The notes under the pieces are model-generated. The model worked only from the letters and a program-made list of their open reading frames with translations, made no database searches and was not told the origin of the DNA. From IMG/VR virus record IMGVR_UViG_3300037189_002988, positions 1-64,000 of that record: a stretch of DNA of 64,000 nucleotides. One strand, 5' to 3'. The stretch is from a virus. The translations under genes and the position numbers were made by a program. Below, one piece after another: positions 20,440-29,807 of this stretch (position 1 is the first letter of the stretch; each line of letters begins with the position of its first letter).

Positions 20440-20775
20440 ATGCCTAATGTTTATAAGTCACCAGCACAGGTAATACCTGTTGCAGAAACCTTAACAACTC
20501 TTTATTCTGTACCAGCAAGTACTCAAACAGTTATATCAAATATACACGTTTGTAATCTTGGAACAACATCTGCATCAATAAGAATTGCAGTTAGACCACT
20601 TGGTGCACAGATTGCAAATCAACACTACTTATTTTACGGACTAACAGTAACTGCTTATGATACTATTGAATTAGGTCATGGAATTACCATGGGTGCATCA
20701 GATGTATTATCAGTGCATGCATCTAGTGGTAGTGTAAGTTTTACTTTATCATATGCCGAGGTGACTGCAGACTAA
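20440..20775 (+). CDS. Adapter beta-sandwich protein
   Basis: Paralog of 29478..29807 and of the C-terminal part of 9645..10214. Confidence 0.6.
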   Translation: MPNVYKSPAQVIPVAETLTTLYSVPASTQTVISNIHVCNLGTTSASIRIAVRPLGAQIANQHYLFYGLTVTAYDTIELGHGITMGASDVLSVHASSGSVSFTLSYAEVTAD

Positions 20776-21650
20776 TGCCAATAAGTTCATTAAACTCAAT
20801 TGCAAGAAATCCAAATGTTCAATTATTAACTGCAAATGGAGGAAACTCATTTTCAGATATAGTTGTGGGGCAACAAACATTTAGAGTTCATACATTTTTA
20901 TCATCATCAAATTTTACAATAACTGCTGGACAAGGGGTTATTGAATATACTATTGTTGCTGGAGGTGGTGCTGGAGGTGGTGTTAATAACACAACTCCAT
21001 CTGGCGGTGGAGGTGGTGCTGGAGGAATGTTGAGTGGTGTAACAAATATATTAGTTGCTGGAACTTATCCAGTTGTTGTTGGTTCAGGTGGACCAGCAAA
21101 TAGTTATGTGGGAAACCCTGGAGGAAATTCAAGTTTTAACAACGTTACATGCTTTGGCGGTGGACAAGGTGGTGCTCATGGTGCAGATGGTGGATACCAA
21201 GGAGGATCTGGTGGAGGTGCTTCTCATTGGGGCCAAGGTGCTGCTGGTGTTGCTGGACAAGGATTTAGAGGTGGTAACGCTAATGCATCAAGTGGACATT
21301 TAGGTGGAGGCGGAGGCGGTGCTGGTGGTACTGGTGGAGACGCTAGCGGACAAGTTGCTGGAGCAGGCGGAAGTGGTGCTTCGACAACAATAACTGGAAC
21401 TTCAATAACACACGCAGGTGGTGGTGGAGGTGGATCAGATAATCGTGGTTCATCAAATCAAGTAGGTGGTCCTGCAGGTTCAGGTGGTGGAGGAACTGGT
21501 GGAGGTGGTCCAAATAACTGGCAAGGTCAAGCAGCCCAAATAAATACTGGATCAGGCGGTGGCGGTGGTTCTGGTTGGACAAGTGGTGTTACAAGAACTG
21601 GTGGTAACGGCGGCAGTGGAATAGTTTATATTCGCTATAGGATAGCCTAA
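20775..21650 (+). CDS. Glycine-rich domain protein
   Basis: FRVHTFLSS...GGSGIVYIRYRIA. Confidence 0.7.
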   Translation: MPISSLNSIARNPNVQLLTANGGNSFSDIVVGQQTFRVHTFLSSSNFTITAGQGVIEYTIVAGGGAGGGVNNTTPSGGGGGAGGMLSGVTNILVAGTYPVVVGSGGPANSYVGNPGGNSSFNNVTCFGGGQGGAHGADGGYQGGSGGGASHWGQGAAGVAGQGFRGGNANASSGHLGGGGGGAGGTGGDASGQVAGAGGSGASTTITGTSITHAGGGGGGSDNRGSSNQVGGPAGSGGGGTGGGGPNNWQGQAAQINTGSGGGGGSGWTSGVTRTGGNGGSGIVYIRYRIA

Positions 21651-21651
21651 A

Positions 21652-22698
21652 ATGGGTAGAGCAAGAGATATTGCTAGTTTATTCACAACAAGTAGTGCAT
21701 TAGCAACAGATAGTGAAGTTGCTTCTTTATATACCCCGCTATCTTCTCCAGTAACATCATATAAAAATAAATTAATTAATGGAGAATTTGATATTTGGCA
21801 AAGAGGAACTACCTTTAGTGCTGGTGGCTATACTGCAGATAGATGGCTTCTACAGGTAAACGGATCAGGTGCAACAAGGTCAGTATCTCAACAAACACTT
21901 ACTCCAGGCTCTATAACTGGATATGAATCAGCATTCTTTTTAAGATATAATCAGTCAGTTGCTGGTACTAGTGCTACGTTTAATATTATCGACCAAAGAA
22001 TTGAAGATGTTAGAACTCTTGCAGGTCAAACTGTAACAGTATCATTTTGGGCTAAAGCAGATTCAACAAGAACTATCACCTCATCTATTCAACAAGTATT
22101 TGGAACTGGTGGGTCATCAGAAGTTGCTGGATTAGCAAGTGGTAACATAAACATTACAACATCTTGGACTAGATATTCTTATACTGGAACTTTATCAAGT
22201 ATATCTGGAAAAACAATTGGTACAGATAGTTATGCAGCATTTAGAATTAATTTTCCAATAAATGCTACATTTACCGTAGATATTTGGGGGGTACAAGTAG
22301 AAAATGGATCTATTGCTACTGAATTTGAACAAAGATTTATAGGTGATGAATTAAGAATGTGTCAAAGATATTATGAAAAATCTTATGCATTAACAACAAA
22401 TCCAGGAACAATAAATGTTGGAATTACTGTAAATGGATTTAGCACATCTTCTGCTCAAAAGTGCATATTTCCTGGTCCTTGGAAAGTTCAAAAAAGAACA
22501 ACTCCGTCAAACGTAATAGTATATGACGAAGCAGGTAACTCAAATAGAATATCAACTTTAGATGCTGGCGGAACTGCTACAAACAATGTTGCTGTTGCAA
22601 TTAGTATTTTTGATGATTCTTGTTTTCGTGCTTTAGGTTCAAATAATGGAACACAAGCAGGATATAAATATTCTTGGACCGCTGATGCAGAATTATAA
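21652..22698 (+). CDS. Tail-fibre protein with carbohydrate-binding-like jelly-roll domain
   Basis: NKLINGEFDIWQRG...YTADRW...GVQVENGSIATEFE...EL..CQRYYEKS motif set. Confidence 0.7.
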   Translation: MGRARDIASLFTTSSALATDSEVASLYTPLSSPVTSYKNKLINGEFDIWQRGTTFSAGGYTADRWLLQVNGSGATRSVSQQTLTPGSITGYESAFFLRYNQSVAGTSATFNIIDQRIEDVRTLAGQTVTVSFWAKADSTRTITSSIQQVFGTGGSSEVAGLASGNINITTSWTRYSYTGTLSSISGKTIGTDSYAAFRINFPINATFTVDIWGVQVENGSIATEFEQRFIGDELRMCQRYYEKSYALTTNPGTINVGITVNGFSTSSAQKCIFPGPWKVQKRTTPSNVIVYDEAGNSNRISTLDAGGTATNNVAVAISIFDDSCFRALGSNNGTQAGYKYSWTADAEL

Positions 22699-22718
22699 AA
22701 TGGAGGGTATAGAATAAT

Positions 22719-23243
22719 ATGGGTATAACAAGAGAAATGTCAAAGATCTTATCAACAAGTACTGCTATTACCACAGATGCAGAAATATCTGCATATAACT
22801 ATTTATCACAAACATCTGCTAGTACAACATACGCTACAATTTCTAACTTTCCATCAAGTGCCTGGACATCTTTTAATCCTCAATTAGACCAGGGTACAAC
22901 AAATATTAGTAAAACTATCAACTATTGTAAATATATTAAGTTAGGTAAAACTGTTATTGCAAATGGATATATTGCAGTCACTGCAAATGGAACTGCAGGA
23001 GCAAACGTTACTTTAACCCTTCCATTACTAGCAGCAAGTGCTGGTCAGCCAATTGGTAGTTTTATAATTTATGGATCAAGTGGCAACGTAAACTTTGCTG
23101 GAACAGCCTGGGCTTTAACAACAAGCCAAATGGCATTTAGATCAGATGCCTCTAACTTTGAATCATATTTTGGAAATCAACCAAATAGGGCTATAGTAAA
23201 CATAGACTCAATTGCTTTTTCAATTGCCTATGAAGTGGCTTAA
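22719..23243 (+). CDS. Tail-fibre tip protein
   Basis: WTSFNP...KY.KLGKTV...TLP...YEVA head domain; N-terminus resembles that of 21652. Confidence 0.55.
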   Translation: MGITREMSKILSTSTAITTDAEISAYNYLSQTSASTTYATISNFPSSAWTSFNPQLDQGTTNISKTINYCKYIKLGKTVIANGYIAVTANGTAGANVTLTLPLLAASAGQPIGSFIIYGSSGNVNFAGTAWALTTSQMAFRSDASNFESYFGNQPNRAIVNIDSIAFSIAYEVA

Positions 23244-23273
23244 TAGGATATAATATAACGAGGAGGTAGTAAA

Positions 23274-23642
23274 ATGGCACATTTTGCAGAATTAAATGAA
23301 GATAATATTGTTCAAAGAGTAATTGTTGTTAATAATGAAGACTGTCTAGACGCTAATGGCGTTGAGTCAGAAGAAGTTGGTTCAGCATTTTGTCACAATT
23401 TATTAGGTGGCACCTGGAAACAAACATCATATAGTGGTAGTTTTAGAAAAAACTATGCTGGTAATGGATATAAATATGATGCTGAAAAAGATGCTTTTAT
23501 TTCACCAAAACCATTTAGTAAGTGGATTCTTAATGAAGATACTTGTCAGTGGGAACCACCAGTAGCATATCCAGATGATGATAAGTTTTATGTATGGAAT
23601 GATAACAAAGGAGTATGGGAAGAGTCTGATCTTTCTAACTAA
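23274..23642 (+). CDS. Putative tail-fibre chaperone
   Basis: MAHFAEL...WKQTSY...RKNYAG.GY.YD...DAFI.PKPF..W family; paralog of 30553. Confidence 0.6.
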   Translation: MAHFAELNEDNIVQRVIVVNNEDCLDANGVESEEVGSAFCHNLLGGTWKQTSYSGSFRKNYAGNGYKYDAEKDAFISPKPFSKWILNEDTCQWEPPVAYPDDDKFYVWNDNKGVWEESDLSN

Positions 23643-23899
23643 TGCCTAACATATCAGCAAATTCTAGACCAGCACAAGTTTGGAATGGAACCGAATGGGT
23701 TCCAATTGCTGGCGTTCAACCAAACTATGAATTTGGTGCAGCAGATCCAACACATGCTGCAAAAGAAGGAACCGTCTACTTTAAATTAAGCGGGGAATTA
23801 AATGAAGTAGTAGGTTTATATGTAGTTATTAATGGAACTTGGATAGAATTTAAGTCAGTATTTAATTTACAGAATGTAACATGGGGCGACCTTGCTTGA
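23642..23899 (+). CDS. Small virion protein
   Basis: N-terminal RPAQVWNG.EW motif, C-terminal TWGDL. Confidence 0.5.
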   Translation: MPNISANSRPAQVWNGTEWVPIAGVQPNYEFGAADPTHAAKEGTVYFKLSGELNEVVGLYVVINGTWIEFKSVFNLQNVTWGDLA

Positions 23900-23927
23900 C
23901 AATGATATAATAAAAAGGGTGATATAA

Positions 23928-24278
23928 ATGGCATTTCCAGCAACATATAATTTCAATTACTACCGTGGTGATAGTTACGAGTTCGTTATTTATCCAAAGA
24001 ATGCTAATGGAACTGCATTTGATTTATCATCTTACAATTCTAATTTATTTACAGTAGCAACAGATAGAGGTACTGGTGCAACTCTAGTAGGAACTGGTAC
24101 AGTAACAAAGTCTGGCTCTACAGCACTAATATGTAAAATAACTCCAACACTTGGAGATTTAATGTCTTTAGCAACATATGTTTATGATGTTCAAATTAAT
24201 AATACAACAGCGTCAACTAAGTACACACTACTAACAGGAAACATCAGCGTAACACAAGACGTATCTGGCAGGGTATAA
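23928..24278 (+). CDS. BppU-like attachment protein
   Basis: YRGDSYEF...FDLS.Y...YVYDVQI...LLTG.I.V..DV; paralog of 3516. Confidence 0.6.
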   Translation: MAFPATYNFNYYRGDSYEFVIYPKNANGTAFDLSSYNSNLFTVATDRGTGATLVGTGTVTKSGSTALICKITPTLGDLMSLATYVYDVQINNTTASTKYTLLTGNISVTQDVSGRV

Positions 24279-24854
24279 ATGGCAATTAACTCAGTAGTTC
24301 AAACTGATTCAATCACAGTGTTTGGTCCACCAGCAGCAATTGATGTTGCTTTAGACATTGGCCCATCTGGAGAAAGAGGAAGTTTAATATATTCTGGATC
24401 TGGTGATCCAAACATTAATACAGGTGCATTTGTTAACGAAAGTCCAAAAGTAAGCGACCTATATGTTAGAACAGACGCTGGTGGAGACTATGGTGTTGTA
24501 TACCAATATAATACAGTTCCTGGCGGTAATGAATGGCAATCAGTATTAAAGTTTCAGCCAATATTATTTAGTAAAATAGAAACATTAAATTTTGCTTCAG
24601 GTAGTGCAAGTGTTTCTATACCACTAAGTGAAATTTATCAAGATGCACCAGCATCATTATTGGCAGAAAATATTTCAATTCAACTTACACCACAACACTC
24701 TGAGGCTATCGCACACTCAATTTCAGCAAAGGCTTTAAGTGTATCTGGAACAAGGGCACTACTATTTACAGTCAAGGCAAAACAAATAGCGGGTAGTATA
24801 ACTGATTTATCAGGCAATATAGCCTTTAACATATCTATTACTATCGTGTTATAA
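24279..24854 (+). CDS. Virion structural protein
   Basis: GPSGERGS...GSGDP motif; coupled to the upstream gene. Confidence 0.5.
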   Translation: MAINSVVQTDSITVFGPPAAIDVALDIGPSGERGSLIYSGSGDPNINTGAFVNESPKVSDLYVRTDAGGDYGVVYQYNTVPGGNEWQSVLKFQPILFSKIETLNFASGSASVSIPLSEIYQDAPASLLAENISIQLTPQHSEAIAHSISAKALSVSGTRALLFTVKAKQIAGSITDLSGNIAFNISITIVL

Positions 24855-24873
24855 TTTAAGAAGGTGAAGCAAA

Positions 24874-25806
24874 ATGGCAGGTCAATTTTTAAGTGATGCA
24901 TCTGGATACGGTGCTACAGAATTTGATACAAAGATTCCCTCACTAAACGATCAAGCAAATATCGTAGAGGCTTTTAAACTTTATCACTATGGACTAGATA
25001 ACTATACAGGTGCAGAAGCACCAGCAGCAGACAGCATCCACGCTCATTTATCAGACTTTAACACAAGACTAGAATTACAAGAAAGCACACCATCTGGCGG
25101 TGGAGTTGTTCAAACAGCAATTCCTCATTTACTAGTTAGAGCAGATAATACAACAACTATTCTTCCAGAAGGATACATCTGGGTTGATCAAGATGGAACA
25201 GTTCCAAGTGTTACAGCCGCTGGAGTTGTATCATACTTAAATGATGAACCATCACCAGCAACACATGGTCAAGTTTGGATTGACAAAGACTACAATATTG
25301 CACCAGTAAATATTTCAGCATATGCACCTACTGCAAATCCTACTTTTACAGGAACAGTAATTGCTCCAACACTAAACTCAACAACTTTAACAGCAACAAC
25401 AGCAAACTTAACAAACTTAACAGTTACTGGAGCAGCAAACATTGCTGAAGTTACAGAAACTGTAAACACCTTGTCATTTGTATCTGGCTCAGTAACTGGA
25501 AATTATAATGATAGTGCAATTTTTTACACATCATCAGGAACAATTGCAAACTTTGGAGTAATTCTTACAAACATTCCAACAACAAATAATAGAGTAACAA
25601 CAATGTCATTTATGATAACTCAAGCATCAACTGGATATATTCCAAATGCAATAAGTGTTAACGGATCAAATCAAACAATTAGATGGGTTGGTGGAACCGC
25701 TCCAACTCCAACAAGTTCTGTAGGGAAAATTGATATCTTCATATTTTCACTTTTAAGAATATCCGATTCTTGGATAGTTCTTGGAAGTTCTAATTTAAAT
25801 ATTTAA
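24874..25806 (+). CDS. Tail-fibre arm/connector protein
   Basis: Two G..WVD/WID motifs, APTANPTFTG motif, C-terminal domain shared with 17587. Confidence 0.55.
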   Translation: MAGQFLSDASGYGATEFDTKIPSLNDQANIVEAFKLYHYGLDNYTGAEAPAADSIHAHLSDFNTRLELQESTPSGGGVVQTAIPHLLVRADNTTTILPEGYIWVDQDGTVPSVTAAGVVSYLNDEPSPATHGQVWIDKDYNIAPVNISAYAPTANPTFTGTVIAPTLNSTTLTATTANLTNLTVTGAANIAEVTETVNTLSFVSGSVTGNYNDSAIFYTSSGTIANFGVILTNIPTTNNRVTTMSFMITQASTGYIPNAISVNGSNQTIRWVGGTAPTPTSSVGKIDIFIFSLLRISDSWIVLGSSNLNI

Positions 25807-25815
25807 GGAAAACCT

Positions 25816-26595
25816 ATGCCAATATTATCATCATTCAGTGGCTCTAGGGGCGTAACAGGAAGACAACAACAAAGTCCATTTACCGCAACTGGTGGAACAA
25901 TGACAGAAGCCACTATTAGTGGAACAATATATAAAGTTCATACATTTACAACTAGCGGAATTTTTCAAGTTTTAAGCGGTAAATCAGATATTAGTTATTT
26001 AGTAATTGCAGGTGGTGGATCAGGTGGTGGTCCAAATACTAACTTTGGTGGATCAGGTGGTGGTGGAGGTGCTGGAGGTTTACTACAAGGATCAGCATCT
26101 AATATAACACCTGCTTCATATACAGTTACAGTTGGAAATGGTGGAACATCAGTACCAAGTTCTGGAGGTATATCATCTATTTCTGGAATTGTAAGTACAG
26201 TTGGTGGAGGTCATGGTGGTAGAGGAGACGGTGTTTATAGCGGAACTACTGGTGGATCTGGTGGAGGTGCTGGACGAGGAACTGGTGCAGGAAGTGGTAC
26301 TTCTGGACAAGGACATGCTGGAGGTGCTGCTCAATATTTAAGTTGGGGTGCTGGTTCAGGTGGAGGTGCTGGAGGTGCTGGTATTCAAGGTGGAGGAGAT
26401 CTTTCTTCTCAACCAGGTGGAGCAAGTGTTACTATAAACTTTAATGGAACTTCAACAGAATATGCTAGAGGTGGTGCTGGAGGATCAAGAGACAGTGGAG
26501 GTACTACATACCTTGGTGAAAATACTGGTGCAGGTGGCGGTGGCGGTGCTGCTGGAAGATCTGGTATTGTTATGATAAGATATGTTAAACCATAA
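25816..26595 (+). CDS. Glycine-rich domain protein
   Basis: YKVHTFTTSG...GRSGIVMIRY. Confidence 0.7.
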   Translation: MPILSSFSGSRGVTGRQQQSPFTATGGTMTEATISGTIYKVHTFTTSGIFQVLSGKSDISYLVIAGGGSGGGPNTNFGGSGGGGGAGGLLQGSASNITPASYTVTVGNGGTSVPSSGGISSISGIVSTVGGGHGGRGDGVYSGTTGGSGGGAGRGTGAGSGTSGQGHAGGAAQYLSWGAGSGGGAGGAGIQGGGDLSSQPGGASVTINFNGTSTEYARGGAGGSRDSGGTTYLGENTGAGGGGGAAGRSGIVMIRYVKP

Positions 26596-26603
26596 GGAAA
26601 AAT

Positions 26604-26852
26604 ATGAATTATAAATTTAAACCACTAAGCCCTATTGCAGAAAATAGTGGGGTTGTAAAAAAGGTAGATCTTGGAACTCATTATTCAACCTTTATAAGTC
26701 CATTTGATTTTGAAGTAGATGAATCTAATGATATGTATGTATGTGGAAAAGAATATAGCATTAATGAATCAAAAGCCGAAGAACTATTCTTATCTGGATA
26801 TGGACATTTTTTAGACCCAGCATTTATTCAAGATATTGAAGAAGAAGTTTAA
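26604..26852 (+). CDS. Hypothetical protein
   Basis: AAGGA SD; follows the Gly-rich gene. Confidence 0.5.
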   Translation: MNYKFKPLSPIAENSGVVKKVDLGTHYSTFISPFDFEVDESNDMYVCGKEYSINESKAEELFLSGYGHFLDPAFIQDIEEEV

Positions 26853-28399
26853 AACAATAATCCTTTTTTAGGAAACCAAATAGCATCTAATGCTGTAGAT
26901 CTTAATACATTAATAGCCTCTTCTGGAGTTTCAACTAATGGCATTCCTGCTGTATTAAAACTAGTATTTAATAATATTCCTATACCAGTATTTTTCTTAA
27001 ACTCTTTTAATAGTTCGTAGATATGTCCTGAGTTAACTGTTTGAATTCTAGAAGTATTATCAACATGAACAACAGATGGAATCATAGAAGATACCCCATC
27101 TTTACATTTATAAGCAACAGTCATATATTCATTCTTAGTATCACTATTTGTATGAAAGTATTCTTGAAAATCTTCTTCTAGCATTACTGCACCAAATGGT
27201 CTATACCATTCTCTATTCTTTATTTTGTTTACAATATCTTTACCATCTTTGTTTCTTGGGTCAAATAGTATTGATCTATTTCCTAATGCTCTAGGTCCAG
27301 CCTCGGATTTACCATTAAAGACACCAATAGTTTTTTGATCTAGTAAAATTTTAACAATATCAGCATATAAGGCGTTTACTGTATTAATATCTAGGTCATA
27401 GTCAAATCCTTGAAAAAAGGTATCTTTTAGGGGATATATAGACTTGTCTAAGGTCATATCCCTATAAACATTCATTGCAGCACCAATACTATTTCCACTA
27501 TCGTCAGCAATTGGTTCAAAATAAAAATTAATACCCTCACAATTTTCAAGGTAGTAATTATTTGCTATTACATTTAAACCATACCCACCAGTAATACATA
27601 CATTGTTAATACCAGTTTCTTTGGTAAATTTTTTTATAAGTTTTAGTACCTGCTCTTGTGTTTGCTTTTGGACTTGATGTGCATAATCGGCATAAGGTTG
27701 ATAGTTTTCTTTTGTAACACCGTCTACTCTAATGTTTTTATTCTTCTTTAGTATAGATACGCTTGTATCAAATCTATCCATAAGTAAACCTTCAAAAAGA
27801 TGATTTTTAACTTTGCCATCTTCATAAAAGAAATCATCTGACTTGGATGAGTTTCCGTATGACGACAGTCCCATAGTTTTTCCATTCTCTAAAGGATGTT
27901 GACCAATAAGGGTAGTGGCTGATTCATATACCTTTACAATTCCTAAACCATTATTATCCCAATATCTTTTATGCAGCGTCTTAAATACGCTAGGATATTC
28001 TGCTACTAAAACAGTTTCACATTCATGACCTTTATTATTAACATAAGATCCATTTCTATCAACTATGATTACAAGACTTTTTTCAAACCCACTATTATAA
28101 AATGCCAAAGAAGCGTGTTGCTGATGGTGCATATGAGAAAGACTTAATATATCTTTTGAATACATTTTTGAAAGGTATGTAGATAGATAACTATCATAGT
28201 TATTATAGAATGGATTAGCAACTACTATATGGTCTATAGAATTCTTATATCTATCTTTTACTATATCTAAAGATTTCCAGGGATACATGTCCCTTTTTAC
28301 ACCAGTAAATCTTTCTTCTTTATAAAATTCTTTTACTTTGCCATTTTCTACAAGTGCAACTGAACTATCGTGCATAGAACTTACACCTAAAATTATCAT
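26849..28399 (-). CDS. O-carbamoyltransferase (NodU/CmcH/TobZ family)
   Basis: HDSS, EERF, HHxxHA, GKTMGL, GGYGLN, EAGPRALGNRS, REWYRPF and LLNTSFN motifs. Confidence 0.9.
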   Translation of the reverse strand: MIILGVSSMHDSSVALVENGKVKEFYKEERFTGVKRDMYPWKSLDIVKDRYKNSIDHIVVANPFYNNYDSYLSTYLSKMYSKDILSLSHMHHQQHASLAFYNSGFEKSLVIIVDRNGSYVNNKGHECETVLVAEYPSVFKTLHKRYWDNNGLGIVKVYESATTLIGQHPLENGKTMGLSSYGNSSKSDDFFYEDGKVKNHLFEGLLMDRFDTSVSILKKNKNIRVDGVTKENYQPYADYAHQVQKQTQEQVLKLIKKFTKETGINNVCITGGYGLNVIANNYYLENCEGINFYFEPIADDSGNSIGAAMNVYRDMTLDKSIYPLKDTFFQGFDYDLDINTVNALYADIVKILLDQKTIGVFNGKSEAGPRALGNRSILFDPRNKDGKDIVNKIKNREWYRPFGAVMLEEDFQEYFHTNSDTKNEYMTVAYKCKDGVSSMIPSVVHVDNTSRIQTVNSGHIYELLKEFKKNTGIGILLNTSFNTAGMPLVETPEEAINVLRSTALDAIWFPKKGLLF

Positions 28400-28405
28400 T
28401 TGACA

Positions 28406-28414
28406 AGTATATCA
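28406..28414 (-). promoter_or_regulatory. Extended -10 promoter, leaderless start
   Basis: Minus strand TGA-TATACT-tgtcaa-ATG. Confidence 0.6.
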
Positions 28415-28446
28415 ACTAAGGCTTATTTAATCAATAGTGCATCTAC

Positions 28447-28476
28447 TTGACACCACTTGGATAATAGGTGTATAAT
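28447..28476 (+). promoter_or_regulatory. Sigma70/SigA-type promoter
   Basis: TTGACA-18 nt-TATAAT. Confidence 0.65.
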
Positions 28477-28505
28477 TTTACCTATGTTCTAAAAGGAGGA
28501 CATTA

Positions 28506-28751
28506 ATGGAATCAGTACTAAATAAGAAGGTTCTTAGTTCAGCATTGAACGCCTTCGTAATCGCACTAGTAACACAATTTGTTGATTCAGGAGCAGATGT
28601 ATCTGCTCTTACAGGTGATGCTCTAGGCACCATCTTGAATTCAGCAGTTGCTGCAGCAGCATGGGTTGTAATCCGTGCAGTTAATCCAAAAGATACTAAG
28701 TTTGGTATCGGTGCAGTAGCAGATAAGGTTGCTGCAAAGAAAAAGAAATAA
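28506..28751 (+). CDS. Holin-like small membrane protein
   Basis: Two hydrophobic segments, basic C-terminus (AAKKKK), strong AGGAGG SD. Confidence 0.55.
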   Translation: MESVLNKKVLSSALNAFVIALVTQFVDSGADVSALTGDALGTILNSAVAAAAWVVIRAVNPKDTKFGIGAVADKVAAKKKK

Positions 28752-28766
28752 GCATTTAAAAACATT

Positions 28767-28797
28767 GGGGGTTGCTTAAAAGGCAGCCCCCTTTTTT
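28767..28797 (+). terminator. Intrinsic terminator
   Basis: gggggttgct/ggcagccccc stem followed by tttttt. Confidence 0.8.
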
Positions 28798-28832
28798 ATG
28801 TTATAATTAAAAACATGGAGGGCTTATAAAAT

Positions 28833-29477
28833 ATGCCTTTAAGATTAGTCACAAATAAAGCACTTACAGACAATGTAGCAACACTCACTACATCAGCAAG
28901 TCATAGCCTATCAGCAGGCACATACATTACAATTAGTGGTGTAGATTCAACATTTAATGGATCCTATACAGTAACAGGAACTCCAACAACAACAAGTTTT
29001 ACTTATGCAAAGACAGCAACAAATGTTCCTTCAGCAGTTGTGTCACCATCAGGTAGTGCAATTTATGCAACTATAGATGATACAGGAAGACCAGCATATA
29101 TGTACGATGCTGGAACAGATACTTGGTTTGCAGTTGCAGGAAAAGTAGATACTGGAAGAAATTATACTTGGACAGGAACACATACATTTTCTGCACCAGT
29201 TTCAGCATCAGACACATTTACTGTCAATGCTCAACTTAGATCAACTTCAGCAAGTGTTTCTGGAGCCTTAACAGTCTCTGGAGATGTTGTTGCTAAAAAA
29301 GGTATAAATGCTTTTGCTAATACAACTGCAAGAGACGCAGCAATTCCTTCTCCAACTGTTGGTACAATAGTATATATCACTGCATTAAACCAACAACTAG
29401 TGTGGAATGGCACAGCCTGGATAGCAATTGAAGGCGGCAGTGGCATGGAAGACATATTTTTAATGATGGGGGCATAA
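28833..29477 (+). CDS. Tail-fibre arm protein
   Basis: N-terminal small beta domain, RPAYMYD...W motif, C-terminal WNGTAW...EDIFLMMGA. Confidence 0.55.
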   Translation: MPLRLVTNKALTDNVATLTTSASHSLSAGTYITISGVDSTFNGSYTVTGTPTTTSFTYAKTATNVPSAVVSPSGSAIYATIDDTGRPAYMYDAGTDTWFAVAGKVDTGRNYTWTGTHTFSAPVSASDTFTVNAQLRSTSASVSGALTVSGDVVAKKGINAFANTTARDAAIPSPTVGTIVYITALNQQLVWNGTAWIAIEGGSGMEDIFLMMGA

Positions 29478-29807
29478 ATGGCTAGAAGTTATAAAGTCCT
29501 AGGACAAAATAATCCTGCTGCAACAACAGCAACAACTTTGTACACAGTACCAGGAGCAACACAATCTGTACTATCAACAATATCAGTTTGTAATTTTGCA
29601 AATACTGCTGCTACATATCGTATTGCAATTAGACCTGCTGGCGAAACATTGGCAAACAAACACTATGTTGCATACGATTCATCACTACCAGCAAACGATA
29701 CTGCAGTATTAACATTAGGATTAACAATGAATACAACAGATATTCTTACAGTATACGCATCAACAGCATCTGTATCATTTGGAGTATTTGGTTCGGAGAT
29801 TTCCTAA
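29478..29807 (+). CDS. Adapter beta-sandwich protein
   Basis: YKVLGQ.NP.ATT.TTLYTVP...KHY.AYD...FGSEIS. Confidence 0.6.
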   Translation: MARSYKVLGQNNPAATTATTLYTVPGATQSVLSTISVCNFANTAATYRIAIRPAGETLANKHYVAYDSSLPANDTAVLTLGLTMNTTDILTVYASTASVSFGVFGSEIS

